A DNA stretch of 63,837 nucleotides, filler included. It is 6 parts of 6 records of this genome, joined end to end, with 100 filler letters (N's around TTAATTAATTAA, not from the genome) between each part and the next. Parts side by side here need not be neighbours in the genome. Positions count along the whole stretch, not along the records: positions 11,205 to 23,612 come from SRR2962707_1970; positions 23,713 to 36,396 come from SRR2962707_1971; 4 more parts are not named here. One strand, given 5' to 3'. Positions 15,627 to 30,800 of the stretch are shown piece by piece. The notes under the pieces are model-generated. The model saw only the letters and a list, made by a program, of their open reading frames with translations, had not been told where the DNA came from and searched no databases. The position numbers and the translations under genes were made by a program. Within the stretch, counting starts at the first letter, position 1, and each line of letters starts with the position of its first letter.

Positions 15627-17039
15627 ATGTTCACGACGCGCGCATCGAACGGAACGGATCGTCGGCTCTGGGCTGCTGAAGCCAGAGCAACACTCGCGCT
15701 TGCCTGGCCGTTGATCGCAACCAACCTCGCCCAGGTCGCGATCAACGCAACCGACGTCATCATGATGGGATGGCTTGGCCCGGAGTCGCTTGCCTCTGGC
15801 GCGCTCGGATCGAACCTCTATTTCGCGATGATGATCTTCGGCATCGGTGTCGTGACGGCGGCGGCGCCGATGGCGTCCGCAGAACTCGGCCGGCGCAGCC
15901 ATTCCGTTCGCGATGTGCGCCGCACGGTCCGTCAGGCCTTCTGGGCCGCGGCCACGCTCTGCATCCCGTTCTGGCTCCTGCTGTGGCAAACGGAGCCTCT
16001 GCTGATCCTGCTGGGTCAGGAACCGGTGCTCGCCGCGCAAGCGGCGTCTTATACACGCGCGATGCAATGGGCATTGCTGCCGCTCTATCTCTATGTCGTG
16101 CTGCGCATCTTCATCTCGGCGCTGGAGCGACCACGCTGGGCTCTGGTCATCAGCTTCCTCGCAGTGCCTTTCAACGCCTTCGCGAACTGGTGTCTGATAT
16201 TCGGCAATCTCGGCATGCCCGCGCTTGGCCTGCAGGGCGCGGGCATTGGCAGCGTTCTCACCACCGCCTTCATGTTCGGCGCACTTGCGCTTGTCCTCGT
16301 GACGGATCGCCGCTTCCGGCGCTACCGCATCTTCGGCCGCTTCTGGCGGCCGGACTGGGCGCGCTACCGCGAACTCTGGCGGCTCGGCCTGCCCATCGGC
16401 ATGACGCTCGCCTTCGAGGTTCTGGTGTTCAACGCGGCCGTTCTGCTGATGGGACTTTTCGGTGCGGCGGCGCTAGCAGCACATTCGATCGCGCTTCAGA
16501 TCGCCGCCATCTCCTTCATGGTGCCGCTCGGCTTCTCGCAAGCGGTGACGGTGCGCGTCGGCCGCGCGCTCGGTGCGGGCGACCGCGACGCCATTACCAG
16601 GGCAGGTTGGACGCCGCTCGCAATGGGCGTGACGTTCATGGCGGCGATGGCGCTTTTGATGATCCTCTTTCCCTACACCTTGATCGGAATTTTTCTCGAC
16701 CGCACGGTTCCGGAGAATACGGATGTCATACGTATGGCAGCATCGCTCCTCGCCATCGCCGCACTCTTCCAGGTGTTCGACGGCGCGCAGGCGATCGCGG
16801 CCGGCATGCTGCGCGGACTGCAGGATACGCGCGTGCCGATGATTTATGCCGGCGTCGGTTACTGGGTCATCGGCTTGAGCTCCGGCGTTCTCCTCGCCTT
16901 TGTTTTTGAAATGGAGGGCGTCGGCATATGGCTCGGTCTCGCGACAGGCCTGGCCGCCGTTTCCATATTGATGATTGCCCGCTGGCAGCGGCGCGGGAAA
17001 CTCGGGCTGGATCTGCCGCTCTGGCAGGAAAGACCCTGA
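15627..17039 (+). CDS. MATE family efflux transporter (NorM-like)
   Basis: Motifs LAWPLIATNLAQ, DVIMMGWLG, RLGLPIG, FQVFDGAQAIAAGMLRGLQDTRVPM and GIWLGL. Confidence 0.93.
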   Translation: MFTTRASNGTDRRLWAAEARATLALAWPLIATNLAQVAINATDVIMMGWLGPESLASGALGSNLYFAMMIFGIGVVTAAAPMASAELGRRSHSVRDVRRTVRQAFWAAATLCIPFWLLLWQTEPLLILLGQEPVLAAQAASYTRAMQWALLPLYLYVVLRIFISALERPRWALVISFLAVPFNAFANWCLIFGNLGMPALGLQGAGIGSVLTTAFMFGALALVLVTDRRFRRYRIFGRFWRPDWARYRELWRLGLPIGMTLAFEVLVFNAAVLLMGLFGAAALAAHSIALQIAAISFMVPLGFSQAVTVRVGRALGAGDRDAITRAGWTPLAMGVTFMAAMALLMILFPYTLIGIFLDRTVPENTDVIRMAASLLAIAALFQVFDGAQAIAAGMLRGLQDTRVPMIYAGVGYWVIGLSSGVLLAFVFEMEGVGIWLGLATGLAAVSILMIARWQRRGKLGLDLPLWQERP

Positions 17040-17151
17040 CGCGCGCACGTCTGTGGCGCGCATTTCCTTGTGCCGCATGCACACGCCGATATGATACCCG
17101 CACCGGCTTGCATCGCCGCCGAAGAGCGAACGGAAAGTCCGGCATAGAGGG

Positions 17152-18315
17152 GTGTCCGAATTGGGTATAGCGTACCGCGCACGACGCGCGTCCATGATCT
17201 GCGCCGTCGCAATCGCGGCCATTGTCGCCGGAGCGCCGCCCGCCTCGGCTACGACGGTAAGCGTCGAACTTGCGACATCGCCCCTCATGTGGAACCCGGC
17301 GGACCGCACGGAAATAGAGACAGGCGCGCTAACCTGGGAAGGCGGTATCGAGATTTCGTCGCCAAACACGGAATTCGGTGGCTGGTCCGGGCTGGCCGTG
17401 AGTTCCGACGGATCGGCACTGCTGTCGGTCTCCGACGAAGGCCGCTGGCTGACGGCCATTATTCTCTACGACGAACGAGGACGTCTCTCCGGACTGGCCG
17501 AGGCAAAAATGGCGCCGATGCTAGGTCTGGACGGAACGCCGATTTCCGGCAAGTCGCTCGGCGACGCGGAAAGCCTTGTCATCGATTCCGGGAATTCGGA
17601 AACCTTGATGGGAAAGGCCTATGTCGGCTTCGAACGCGCGCACAGAATATGGCGCTACGATCTCACGCAGGCCGGTGCGGAAGCGAAGCCCGAACAGCTC
17701 CTTACTCAAAGACATTTCGGCCGGCTGAACCTGAACGCAGGCATCGAGTCCCTCGAACTTCTGCCGCCATTGGACGAGGGCCGGGAGCCACGCATTCTCG
17801 CCATCACCGAGGAAACGCTCGATCCGCGCGGAAACATCAAGGCATTCATCGCCGACGGCCATAAAATTTCATGGTTCGCCGTGAAGCCACGCGCGCCCTA
17901 CATGCCGACCGACACGGCGCTCCTGCCGAATGGCGACATTCTTCTGCTCGAACGCCGCTTTTCCATGTTGGCAGGTGTCGGCATGCAGCTACGGCTCATC
18001 CCGGCAGACAGCATAAAGGCCGACGCCGTGGTGGATGGCGAAGTGCTGGTCGATGTCGGCCAGCGCTATTCGATCGACAACATGGAAGGGCTGGCGGTTC
18101 GCGAAGACGAAAACGGAGATCTGCTCGTCTATATGATTTCGGACGACAACTTCAGCGCCTTGCAGCGGACATTGCTGCTGATGTTCCGCTTGCCGAAGGA
18201 GGAGACGAAACCGGCGCCGCCCGGCCGGTCCTCTACGCTCCCCCGAACCCCGGAAGCGGACGCACCGTTCGGCGAAGCAGATAAGTCGGAAGAAGCTGCG
18301 CGAGAGCCCAGCTGA
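17152..18315 (+). CDS. Secreted esterase-like activity of phytase family protein (beta-propeller)
   Basis: Signal-like N-terminus; motifs FGGWSGL, DAESL, IDNMEGL and ISDDNFSALQRTLLLMF. Start uncertain. Confidence 0.85.
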   Translation: MSELGIAYRARRASMICAVAIAAIVAGAPPASATTVSVELATSPLMWNPADRTEIETGALTWEGGIEISSPNTEFGGWSGLAVSSDGSALLSVSDEGRWLTAIILYDERGRLSGLAEAKMAPMLGLDGTPISGKSLGDAESLVIDSGNSETLMGKAYVGFERAHRIWRYDLTQAGAEAKPEQLLTQRHFGRLNLNAGIESLELLPPLDEGREPRILAITEETLDPRGNIKAFIADGHKISWFAVKPRAPYMPTDTALLPNGDILLLERRFSMLAGVGMQLRLIPADSIKADAVVDGEVLVDVGQRYSIDNMEGLAVREDENGDLLVYMISDDNFSALQRTLLLMFRLPKEETKPAPPGRSSTLPRTPEADAPFGEADKSEEAAREPS

Positions 18316-18913
18316 ACTGAATAGCCCCCTCGACCAGTAGCCGTCCGCCAAGCTGCGCGTCCCACACCAGCGCCGGGCGCGTGTTGAAAGCAACAGCGAA
18401 CGCCATGCCGCCGAGAAACGCAGCCAGGAACGGCGCTTTCCACCAAGGAATACCGCGCAGCCAGTCGAAGAACAGGATGTTCACGAGTTGCCCGACCGCC
18501 ATTGCGCCGACGAAGGAAGCAGCGAGCGCATAGGGTGCGATTTCCTGTTCGAAATCGGCAATGAGCCCTTCCCGAACCGCCCAGAAAACGGCACCGGCGA
18601 TCAGGAGCCATGCGAGCAGCGCCGCAGTCAGGGCAAGGGCGGCGCCGTAGCGGCGGCTGGTCAGATTCAGGATAAAGAAAATCACCGGAAGAACGAGGAA
18701 ACCCCAGTTCACCCAGCCCGACGGATCGAGCAGCGGATCGACGGAGGCGAAAACCGCAAACTCCGGCACGGGCGCGTCGCGAAGATAAAAGGCAGCGAGA
18801 AACGCAGCGCACAGCGCCGCAACCGGCAGGATCAGCCGGACAATTGCGGTGACAAATCGGGAAACTATTCCCGGCCGGCTGACCGGAACCCGATCAACCC
18901 CCCTGTCAAGCAT
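18233..18913 (-). CDS. Divergent VUT family (queuosine precursor transporter-like) membrane protein
   Basis: Hydrophobic; WGFLVLPVIFFILNLTSRRYG and GQLVNILFFDWLR..WWKAP match the VUT pattern as I recall it; usual position beside rpmB. Confidence 0.7.
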   Translation of the reverse strand: MLDRGVDRVPVSRPGIVSRFVTAIVRLILPVAALCAAFLAAFYLRDAPVPEFAVFASVDPLLDPSGWVNWGFLVLPVIFFILNLTSRRYGAALALTAALLAWLLIAGAVFWAVREGLIADFEQEIAPYALAASFVGAMAVGQLVNILFFDWLRGIPWWKAPFLAAFLGGMAFAVAFNTRPALVWDAQLGGRLLVEGAIQFSWALAQLLPTYLLRRTVRPLPGFGGA

Positions 18914-19011
18914 GGTGCGCCCCCGAATACACGTAGAACCGAAGTCTAACGAGGCGTCGCCACACTCGAAAGCCTGCCACTCGATTTTCGGTAATATGGG
19001 TAAATACTAAT

Positions 19012-19039
19012 AAAAAAGGCGGCCGACAGGCCGCCTTTT
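19012..19039 (-). terminator. Rho-independent terminator downstream of rpmB
   Basis: Hairpin aaaaggcggcc-gaca-ggccgcctttt with a U-tract on the minus strand. Confidence 0.85.
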
Positions 19040-19057
19040 CCGGAAATTTTCGCGTCT

Positions 19058-19351
19058 TCAGGCCGCAGCAGCAGTCTGCACCTTCGCGATTTCGCGCTTC
19101 AGCTTCAGGGCGCGCGAGGAAAGCTGCGCATCGGAGGCCTTCAGCAGGAAGAAGTCGAGACCGCCATTATGCTCGACGGAGCGGAGCGCATGCGCCGAGA
19201 CGCGCAGGCTGATCTGACGGCCAAGCGCATCGCTGATCAGCGTCACCTGGCAGAGATTCGGCAGGAACCGGCGGCGCGTCTTGCGGTTCGCATGGCTCAC
19301 ATTATTGCCAGACATCACGGCTTTGCCGGAGAGTTCGCAGCGGCGGGACAT
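19058..19351 (-). CDS. rpmB: 50S ribosomal protein L28
   Basis: [33 protein letters not shown]; real start at 19351 with an upstream AAGGA. Confidence 0.97.
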   Translation of the reverse strand: MSRRCELSGKAVMSGNNVSHANRKTRRRFLPNLCQVTLISDALGRQISLRVSAHALRSVEHNGGLDFFLLKASDAQLSSRALKLKREIAKVQTAAAA

Positions 19352-19460
19352 AAGGTTTTCCTTCGAAATACGGGGGGCCGCTGCAGAAAACCGCGCAGCC
19401 CGGACAGGCGGGCACGTATAAAAGGCCCTGCACGGCCCGTCAAGGCCCGAAAACACTGCT

Positions 19461-20501
19461 TTAGCCGCCTTTTGCGCCGCCAAGGACAAGGCTGAGCAAC
19501 CTGCGCGCCGCCGCCGTCGGCGTGGCGCGTCCTTCCGCAACGTCCTTCTCAAGTTCAGGGATGAGTGCAGCCGCCTTGCTGTCGGCCTTGAGAGCCGAGA
19601 AGAGCCCCTCTCGGATCTCGGTCCACATCCATGCCCGGGCTTGCGCGGCGCGCAGGCGGTCTAGCTCCCCCGCCCCCGACAGGGCATCGCGGTGTTCGCG
19701 GGCCGCCTTCCAGATCTCCTCCAGCCCCTCCCCCTTCAGTGCGGAAGCGAGCAACACGTGCGGCGTCCAGACCGCACTCTTCGGCCGCATCAGATGAAGC
19801 GCCGTCTTGTATTCCATCTGGGCGCGGCGGGCGGCCGGAATGAGATCGCCATCCGCCTTGTTGACCACGATGAGGTCCGCAAGCTCCATGATGCCACGCT
19901 TGATGCCCTGCAATTCGTCGCCACCGCCCGGCGACAGCAGCAGGACGAACATGTCGACCATATCGGCCACCGCCGTTTCGGACTGGCCGACGCCGACGGT
20001 CTCGATCATGACGACATCGTAGCCTGCGGCTTCGGTGAGCAGCATCGCCTCGCGCGTTCGCCGCGCAACGCCGCCCAGCGTGCCCCCGGCAGGCGAGGGA
20101 CGGATAAAGGCATCCGGATTGCGCGCAAGAAGCTCCATGCGGGTTTTGTCGCCCAGGATCGAACCGCCGGTGCGCGCCGAAGATGGATCGATCGCCAGAA
20201 CGGCGACCCTGTTTCCTTCGCCGATCAGGTGCTGACCGAAAGCCTCGATGAAGGTCGACTTCCCAACCCCCGGCGCACCGGAAAGCCCGAGCCGGACGGC
20301 CTTGCCGGTCTCCGGCAGCACATCTGCAAGCAGTGCCTGCGCGACCTCCTGATGGTCGGCGCGGGAAGATTCGACAAGGGTTATGGCCCGCGCAAGCGCT
20401 GTCCGGCTTCCGTCGCGAATGCCGTCCGCCAGTTGCCGCGCATCCGGGAGCCCCCTGTTGAGGGCCCGGCGCTGTGCTTGCTTTTTCTCTGTTCCGCTCA
20501 T
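19461..20501 (-). CDS. meaB: Methylmalonyl-CoA mutase-associated GTPase MeaB
   Basis: Motifs [36 protein letters not shown] and NKADG; start placed at MSGTEKK. Confidence 0.95.
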   Translation of the reverse strand: MSGTEKKQAQRRALNRGLPDARQLADGIRDGSRTALARAITLVESSRADHQEVAQALLADVLPETGKAVRLGLSGAPGVGKSTFIEAFGQHLIGEGNRVAVLAIDPSSARTGGSILGDKTRMELLARNPDAFIRPSPAGGTLGGVARRTREAMLLTEAAGYDVVMIETVGVGQSETAVADMVDMFVLLLSPGGGDELQGIKRGIMELADLIVVNKADGDLIPAARRAQMEYKTALHLMRPKSAVWTPHVLLASALKGEGLEEIWKAAREHRDALSGAGELDRLRAAQARAWMWTEIREGLFSALKADSKAAALIPELEKDVAEGRATPTAAARRLLSLVLGGAKGG

Positions 20502-20652
20502 GGCCCCAGTTGCATACTTGGCCGGACCTGCCCCGTCCAGCCCTCGCAGGGAAGACCGGAAGCGCGCTATCGCCGCGTTCAGTCCCGGTTCAGCCTGCGG
20601 ACGCAAAAGTCGCTGGATTTCTGTAAAATCGACGGAAGCGGTGGCTTTGGCT

Positions 20653-21522
20653 ATGACCTCAGAAAAACGCACCGGATACCGAATCTCCGCCGTGCTGGCC
20701 GTCTGCCTCGCGGCGGCCGCCGGCGCGTCCGCGCCAAGCGCGGCAACGCCCGTCCACCTGGAACGGGCTGAGCCCTCGCCGGACCTCCGCGCGGACTATA
20801 CCGTCTATATCGGAGGGCTGATCGTCGCCGAGGGGTCGATCAGCGCGCGGCTGGAGGGCGAAGATTATTTTCTGGAGAACGAACTCGGATCGGCAGGTCT
20901 TCCTGGCAAGTTCTGGGATGCCCGTTGGAAGATGACGAGCGAGGGCCGCATTGTCGACGACGCGCTGCGTCCGAACCGGTTTGCCTTCAGCGCCCGGGAG
21001 AAGAACGAAACAAAGACACGCGAAATTCTTTATGACGTCCATGGCGTGCCGACGCTGTCCTTCGATCCACCATTACCGGAGGAGGAAATCGGGAAGACGC
21101 CTGCCTCGGAGCGCAAGAATACGCTAGATCCGGTAAGCGCATTCATCCTGCCGGTCGTCGCCGATGGAAATCCCTGTGACAGGAAGATTCCCGTCTTCGA
21201 CGGCAAACGGCGCTACGACCTGCAACTCATCTTCGACCGCGAAGACAAGGTGACGACCCGGAACAACGGCTATAGCGGCGATGCAATCCGCTGCAAGGTT
21301 CGCGTCCAGCCGAGAACTGGCATGGAGCGCGCGAAGCTCACAACCATGATGGAGCGGCGCGACGACACGTTCATATGGCTCGCACCCGTCAACGGCGGGA
21401 AGCTCTACATTCCCGTCCGTGTTCAGATGCGGACGCCAATTGGTGGGGCCATTCTCGATGTGGTGAAACTTCGCCGATACGCAGCGAAGGAAAATTCCGC
21501 AATGGGAGAGGCTAAACCGTAG
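20653..21522 (+). CDS. DUF3108 domain secreted protein
   Basis: Signal peptide; motifs [24 protein letters not shown] and IWLAP...[12 protein letters not shown]. Confidence 0.8.
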   Translation: MTSEKRTGYRISAVLAVCLAAAAGASAPSAATPVHLERAEPSPDLRADYTVYIGGLIVAEGSISARLEGEDYFLENELGSAGLPGKFWDARWKMTSEGRIVDDALRPNRFAFSAREKNETKTREILYDVHGVPTLSFDPPLPEEEIGKTPASERKNTLDPVSAFILPVVADGNPCDRKIPVFDGKRRYDLQLIFDREDKVTTRNNGYSGDAIRCKVRVQPRTGMERAKLTTMMERRDDTFIWLAPVNGGKLYIPVRVQMRTPIGGAILDVVKLRRYAAKENSAMGEAKP

Positions 21523-21529
21523 GGAATCG

Positions 21530-21766
21530 CTATTTGGCTTTACGGACCTGGCGGTTCGCTTCGCCATGAAGCGCACGCAAACGCTCAACCAGATCGTCCT
21601 CCGGTGATGTGCCGGCGATTTCGATCTCGTTCAAAAGACTCTCCAGACGAGAGGCCAGCATCCCGTAATAGGCCTTCTGTCTGCCGTCCGCATTCTTCTC
21701 GTTCGCCTCGACGGCATCCGCCAGCCGACGCCGCTTCGGGCGCGACAAATCATCCCCGGTGCTCAT
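21530..21766 (-). CDS. Small hypothetical helical protein (78 aa)
   Basis: GGAGG Shine-Dalgarno just upstream of ATG 21766; charged amphipathic sequence. Confidence 0.65.
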   Translation of the reverse strand: MSTGDDLSRPKRRRLADAVEANEKNADGRQKAYYGMLASRLESLLNEIEIAGTSPEDDLVERLRALHGEANRQVRKAK

Positions 21767-22048
21767 GGCACCTCCGTAGATCTCTCTCATGTTGAATCCA
21801 AAAAGGCAGCCATGTTTTCCCGGTTTCCTGCTCGGGAGGGCACGGCTTGCTGGACAATGCCCTTTGGCGGCGCTCGGAGATCGCTGAGCGGCACGCGTGC
21901 AAGGTCCATCGGCTCTATGGCCGAGTGGTTAACGAGGGAGATAGTCCGGCGTGTGAGCGGTTGCAATAGCGACAGCTCTTCAGCGCGCTTTTGACGCACG
22001 CGAAGTCTGAAATATAAGCAGACTTGGCGCCTGCCGATTTATCGGCAA

Positions 22049-23611
22049 TCAGGCTGCTTGCCGCCTTTTTTCGCGGATCAGAGCCAGAATTTCATTTGCC
22101 GCAACCGGAATATTCGTACCCGGACCAAAAATGGCGGACGCTCCGGCCTTCTTCAGGAAGTCGTAATCCTGCTGGGGAATCACGCCGCCGCAGATGATGA
22201 GAATATCGTCCGCGCCTTCGTCCTTGAGCGCCTTGGCAAGCGCAGGCACCAATGTTTTGTGCCCGGCAGCAAGGCTCGAAATACCGATCACATGCACATC
22301 GTTCTCGATTGCGTCGCGGGCCGCCTCTTCGGGTGTCTGGAAAAGCGGTCCGACATCGACGTCGAAACCGAGATCGGCAAAGGCGGTCGCAATGACTTTC
22401 GCACCGCGGTCGTGACCGTCCTGCCCCATCTTCACAACCAGCATGCGGGGACGGCGTCCTTCTGCTTCCGCGAACGCCTCGATTTCCTCCGAAATCTTCA
22501 TGAAGCCCTCATCACCTTCATAAGCCTGCGCGTAAACACCCGAGATGGATTTGATTTCGGCGCGATGGCGCCCGAAGACTTCTTCCATCGCATCGGAAAT
22601 CTCGCCGACCGTAGCGCGCGCGCGAGCCGCGTCGATCGCAAGTGCCAGAAGATTACCCTTGCCGCGCGCCCCTTCCGTAAGCGCGGTGAGCGCTGCTTTG
22701 CACTTCGCTTCGTCGCGCGACGCGCGGACGGCCTTCAGGCGCTCAACCTGCGACGCCAGCACCTTGGCGTTGTCGATATCGAGAATCTCGATGGGGTCGG
22801 CGTTCGAAGGGCGGTACTTGTTGACGCCGACGATCACTTCCTGGCCGCGATCGATCTTCGCCTGCCGGCGCGCCGCCGCTTCCTCGATCTTGAGCTTCGG
22901 CATGCCGGTGCCGACGGCCTTGGTCATGCCGCCAAGTTCTTCCACTTCTTCGATCAGCTTCCAGGCTTCGCTTGCGAGCGAATGAGTGAGGCTTTCGATG
23001 TAGTAGGAGCCGCCCATCGGATCGATCACGTTGGTGATGCCCGTCTCATGCTGAATGACGAGCTGCGTGTTGCGCGCGATGCGGGCGGAGAAATCCGTCG
23101 GCAGCGCAATCGCCTCATCGAGCGCATTCGTATGCAGCGACTGCGTGCCGCCGAGAACGGCGGCCATCGCTTCGATGGTCGTGCGGATCACGTTGTTGTA
23201 AGGATCCTGCTCCGTGAGCGAAACACCCGAGGTCTGGCAATGCGTCCGCAGCATGGACGATTTCGCATCCTTCGGATTGAATTCCGACATGATCCGCGCC
23301 CAGAGGAACCGCGCCGCGCGAAGTTTTGCGATCTCCATGAAGAAATTCATGCCGATGGCGAAGAAGAAGGAAAGGCGCGGCGCGAAATCGTCGACATCTA
23401 GTCCAGCCGAAAGAGCGGCGCGGACATACTCGCGGCCGTCGGCCAGCGTGAACGCAAGCTCCTGAACCTGCGTCGCGCCCGCTTCCTGCATGTGATAGCC
23501 GGAAATCGAGATCGTGTTGAACTTCGGCATGTTCTTCGAGCAGAAGCCGATAATGTCCGCGATGATCCGCATCGATGGTTCCGGCGGATAGATATAGGTG
23601 TTGCGGACCAT
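22049..23611 (-). CDS. scpA: Methylmalonyl-CoA mutase (5' truncated)
   Basis: Motifs [25 protein letters not shown] and [10 protein letters not shown]12-binding [10 protein letters not shown]...SSLAAGH...GGVIP. Confidence 0.97.
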   Translation of the reverse strand: MVRNTYIYPPEPSMRIIADIIGFCSKNMPKFNTISISGYHMQEAGATQVQELAFTLADGREYVRAALSAGLDVDDFAPRLSFFFAIGMNFFMEIAKLRAARFLWARIMSEFNPKDAKSSMLRTHCQTSGVSLTEQDPYNNVIRTTIEAMAAVLGGTQSLHTNALDEAIALPTDFSARIARNTQLVIQHETGITNVIDPMGGSYYIESLTHSLASEAWKLIEEVEELGGMTKAVGTGMPKLKIEEAAARRQAKIDRGQEVIVGVNKYRPSNADPIEILDIDNAKVLASQVERLKAVRASRDEAKCKAALTALTEGARGKGNLLALAIDAARARATVGEISDAMEEVFGRHRAEIKSISGVYAQAYEGDEGFMKISEEIEAFAEAEGRRPRMLVVKMGQDGHDRGAKVIATAFADLGFDVDVGPLFQTPEEAARDAIENDVHVIGISSLAAGHKTLVPALAKALKDEGADDILIICGGVIPQQDYDFLKKAGASAIFGPGTNIPVAANEILALIREKRRQAA

Positions 23612-23612
23612 G

Positions 23613-23712
23613 NNNNNNNNNNNNNNNNNNNNNNNNNNNNNNNNNNNNNNNNNNNNTTAATTAATTAANNNNNNNNNNNNNNNNNNNNNNNNNNNNNNNN
23701 NNNNNNNNNNNN
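23613..23712. other. Artificial contig spacer
   Basis: N44-TTAATTAATTAA-N44. Confidence 0.99.
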
Positions 23713-23714
23713 AG

Positions 23715-27691
<3,977 letters not shown>

Positions 27692-27805
27692 ACCAACTCG
27701 TACGAATTTTCCTTTTGACACGCTCGGTGCGCGAGTGTGGTGCAACTGGTGATTTTACAAAAGACAATAGAAAAAAAATAAGAATAAAGTTGTAAGATCG
27801 GGGCT

Positions 27806-30800
27806 TCAGAACCCGCTTGCCAAACTCAGGCGTGCTGGAGCCGCTGCACGCGTATGTGCTTGCTTTTGTTGCTGCGCCTGCATTGCTTTTTGCATGATAC
27901 TCTGTAAAGCCGCTCGGGAGTCGGGATCAAGGGCGGCAACTTGGGCTTTGAAGACATCGCGCGCAATTTGCAACAGGCCAAGGACGGCCGTGTGGATCGT
28001 TGACTCCAATTGTTTGAAACTAGCGCGTGCTTGGGGCGTGTTTTCTTGGGAGGGTCCTGCGATGACAGCGCGCACGAAAACAGAAAGCAGGAGGTCCATC
28101 ATACCCTGCAGTTGCGCATCAGCTGTATTGCCTCCTCCAACGCCCCCTGCAACCCGGTACGCAAGCAGCAGAAGTTGGATGCACGCCAGACGCTCTGAAA
28201 TCGGAGCTTCAGGTGAGGCAACGACCGCGGCAGCGGTGGGCCCGACGACGGCACATGCTCCTCGCAGCGTGGCCGCAGCGAGTGAAGCCGTGCCAGAGCA
28301 ATCACCTGCACTGGAGGACGTCTGCAGCAGAAACTGCAGCACTTGCCGCAAAGTTGACGACGCTTTCGATTCGACTGTGCTGAACCGCGACGCCATCACG
28401 GCGTATGCTTGACCTAAAGACCTGAGCGCTTTTGGCCCAAGCCTGAAACCTTCGACTTTCTGCCGGAAGCAGCTGACAATCACAGAGAGCGCTGCTGACC
28501 ACAAGATGCTTGCAGCGCGAGCGAATGCGCTGTTCGACGGGTCTGGGCCAAAACCTTCGACACGAGAAAGAAGGGCTTCTGCAACACCAGCAGCGGTCGC
28601 AGAGACACCCTCGTTGTGATGCGTCACAAGAGTTGTCACGCAACGTGACACACCACCTGATAAGGCATTTGCGAGGAGGGGATCTGCGTAGAGTCGCGAG
28701 TCATCCAAGAGCCTAAATAACTTCTGCAAGACAGACTGATGACCGCTGGCGCTGCTTTCCGACTCTAACATGGCGGCAAGCACCGCGCAGTAGGACCTCA
28801 CGACCAGGGCAGCGGCTTTGGACAACAACAATGACTGGTCTGTTCCACGACCACTTGCCAGTGTGATTGCATGCTGAGCAAGGGAACAAGCCGCTGCAAT
28901 TGTGTCTGTTGACATTGACGGCTTTATTGAGCTGAACTGCAGCAGTACAGCCACTACCCCCAGCAGCACATCCTGAAGAACGACGATGGATGCGGTTGAG
29001 TTACCCGCAACAGCCAAAACTGCGCTCCGTGCAAGCGATAGGACATCGCAGATAATTGCGTCTGGCACGCGTGGTTGCATCCCTGCGGCACTGGTTTCGC
29101 TTGCGTCGCTGGAAAGAGCTGCTTCTGACTTGTCGCATACCGCGCGATGGTGGTTGCACTTTATCATGTATGCAATCCCAAGCAGGGCACGCTTGGAGGT
29201 GCGTGCCGCGGAGTCGATTGGGGCATCAAAACTTTGCTCGTCATCGGTTTGGCCTTCGGGGACCGTCGGCGCTGTGGCTGGGGCTAACAAGGCCAAATTA
29301 TCAAGCAGAGTGCCGCAGAAACTACTGAGCAACAGTCGCTCAACGGAGGGTTTCTGACTGCTGGGGTCAGTCTTTGCGCAGCACGCGGCAAGTGCAACGG
29401 CGAGGCGGGGCCATGCAACGAGATCGTTGTACATTTCGCAGAACTTTGAAACTCCATCGGCCGACGGGTCAGGCCAAGTGCGCAGTTGTGGCAACATTCG
29501 CTGTCGCTGGTCGACTGGCAAGGCTTGACCAGACGCAATGGCCCGATCCAAAGCAACTCTCGTCCACAGCGACTGTAAAAGTGGGGCGTGATGTGCCAAA
29601 GCTTGCAGGACGTCACTACTCTCACCGTCAGCTCCAGTGGTATGCTCTTCAAGTATGGAGGAAAGCCTGTCGTCCTCCGCCCCGACCCAGAGCTTGGCGA
29701 GCAAGCTTAAGATGGCGTGGCTTCGAACTGGCAGAGCAGCAAGGCCTTCTCTTCCAACGTGGCTGCACTCCGAGCTGGGATCTTTACTGTCGGCATCGCT
29801 GTTCGCGTTGAGGTTCTCCACGTCGTTGTTGGGCCCATCGGAAGTGCTACCGCCAGTTTCAAGCTGCAACGCGCGCACTAAAACGTCAATAAGCCGCCGA
29901 TGCGAGGTTGGTACAATGCCCCTGGCAAACGCGTGACCAACGCACTGACATGCAACGGTCACAAGCGCAGCAGGGGCATTTTCCCGCGAAAATGACTCCC
30001 GCAGTGCAACCACCAGCTGGGTCTCGTATCTAAAAAGCAACAGCCACCAAGCACAGAGGCAACACGCATGAGCGCTCGACTTGGCCATGGAGCAACCCAG
30101 GCGAGGTTTGCGGGTACAGTCAACGTACTGAGCGAGAATGCTGACGTTTTCTTTAACGTCAGGATCGGCACAAGAGCTGAATGCTCGCAGCAAAGTGTAC
30201 AGGACCTGTCAGCCATTCACATAGGGTTAACATGCAGCAAGAGCACAGCCTGTAGCAAAATAGCTGCACGCTGTTCGAACCTTCACAGCCGCAATTTGCA
30301 CGGGCAAAAGTGCTTCCTCCTCGGCGCCCGTAACTTGCACCGCTGAAAAGTTACAGCACAGTCTAACCATTGTGCCTATCCGCCCGACAAGGAAGTCGGT
30401 TGGAACCAACGGTGCATCAATGCCAACATGATTGTTTCCGTCGGTGGAAAGTCGATCACGAAGGGCACCGAGATCAACCCGATCGCCACCCTGTGCCGCT
30501 TCAAGGGAAATTAGATGGTTGACGATCTTTCATGTCCAAATAAGCGACATGCACGCAACCGAAGGCGACACAACACCTTGTTAGCATCGCGCGGAATTGG
30601 GAAAGGCAAACCTCCAACAACACAACACAAGACCCGGCAAACAACGCACCCGAAATGCATGGCACTTCGTTTGCCATCGTGGCTTTGCTGATCGAAAAAT
30701 CGGCACTTGCGCCACGTGCCATTTTAAGGCCTTTTTCGGGATCGCTGATTTCGCTCCAGATTCAGCATCGCCATCATCGTCGCTGTCGCTGCTAGCATCC

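Noticed and set aside
21787-22048. Possible cobalamin riboswitch, sRNA or 70-aa ORF downstream of scpA
   Set aside because: Only short hairpins; no B12-box motifs found, and the ORF lacks a convincing start or Shine-Dalgarno.
11153-23465. Long antisense or alternate-frame ORFs in contig 2 (11153-13210, 15770-16909, 19692-20771, 22058-23401)
   Set aside because: Expected in high-GC DNA opposite well-supported genes; no recognisable motifs.
11205-23612. Apparent bacterium-to-eukaryote horizontal transfer (bacterial operons between eukaryotic genes)
   Set aside because: Bacterial and eukaryotic segments are separated by artificial spacers and genes are cut at the edges; there is no physical linkage.
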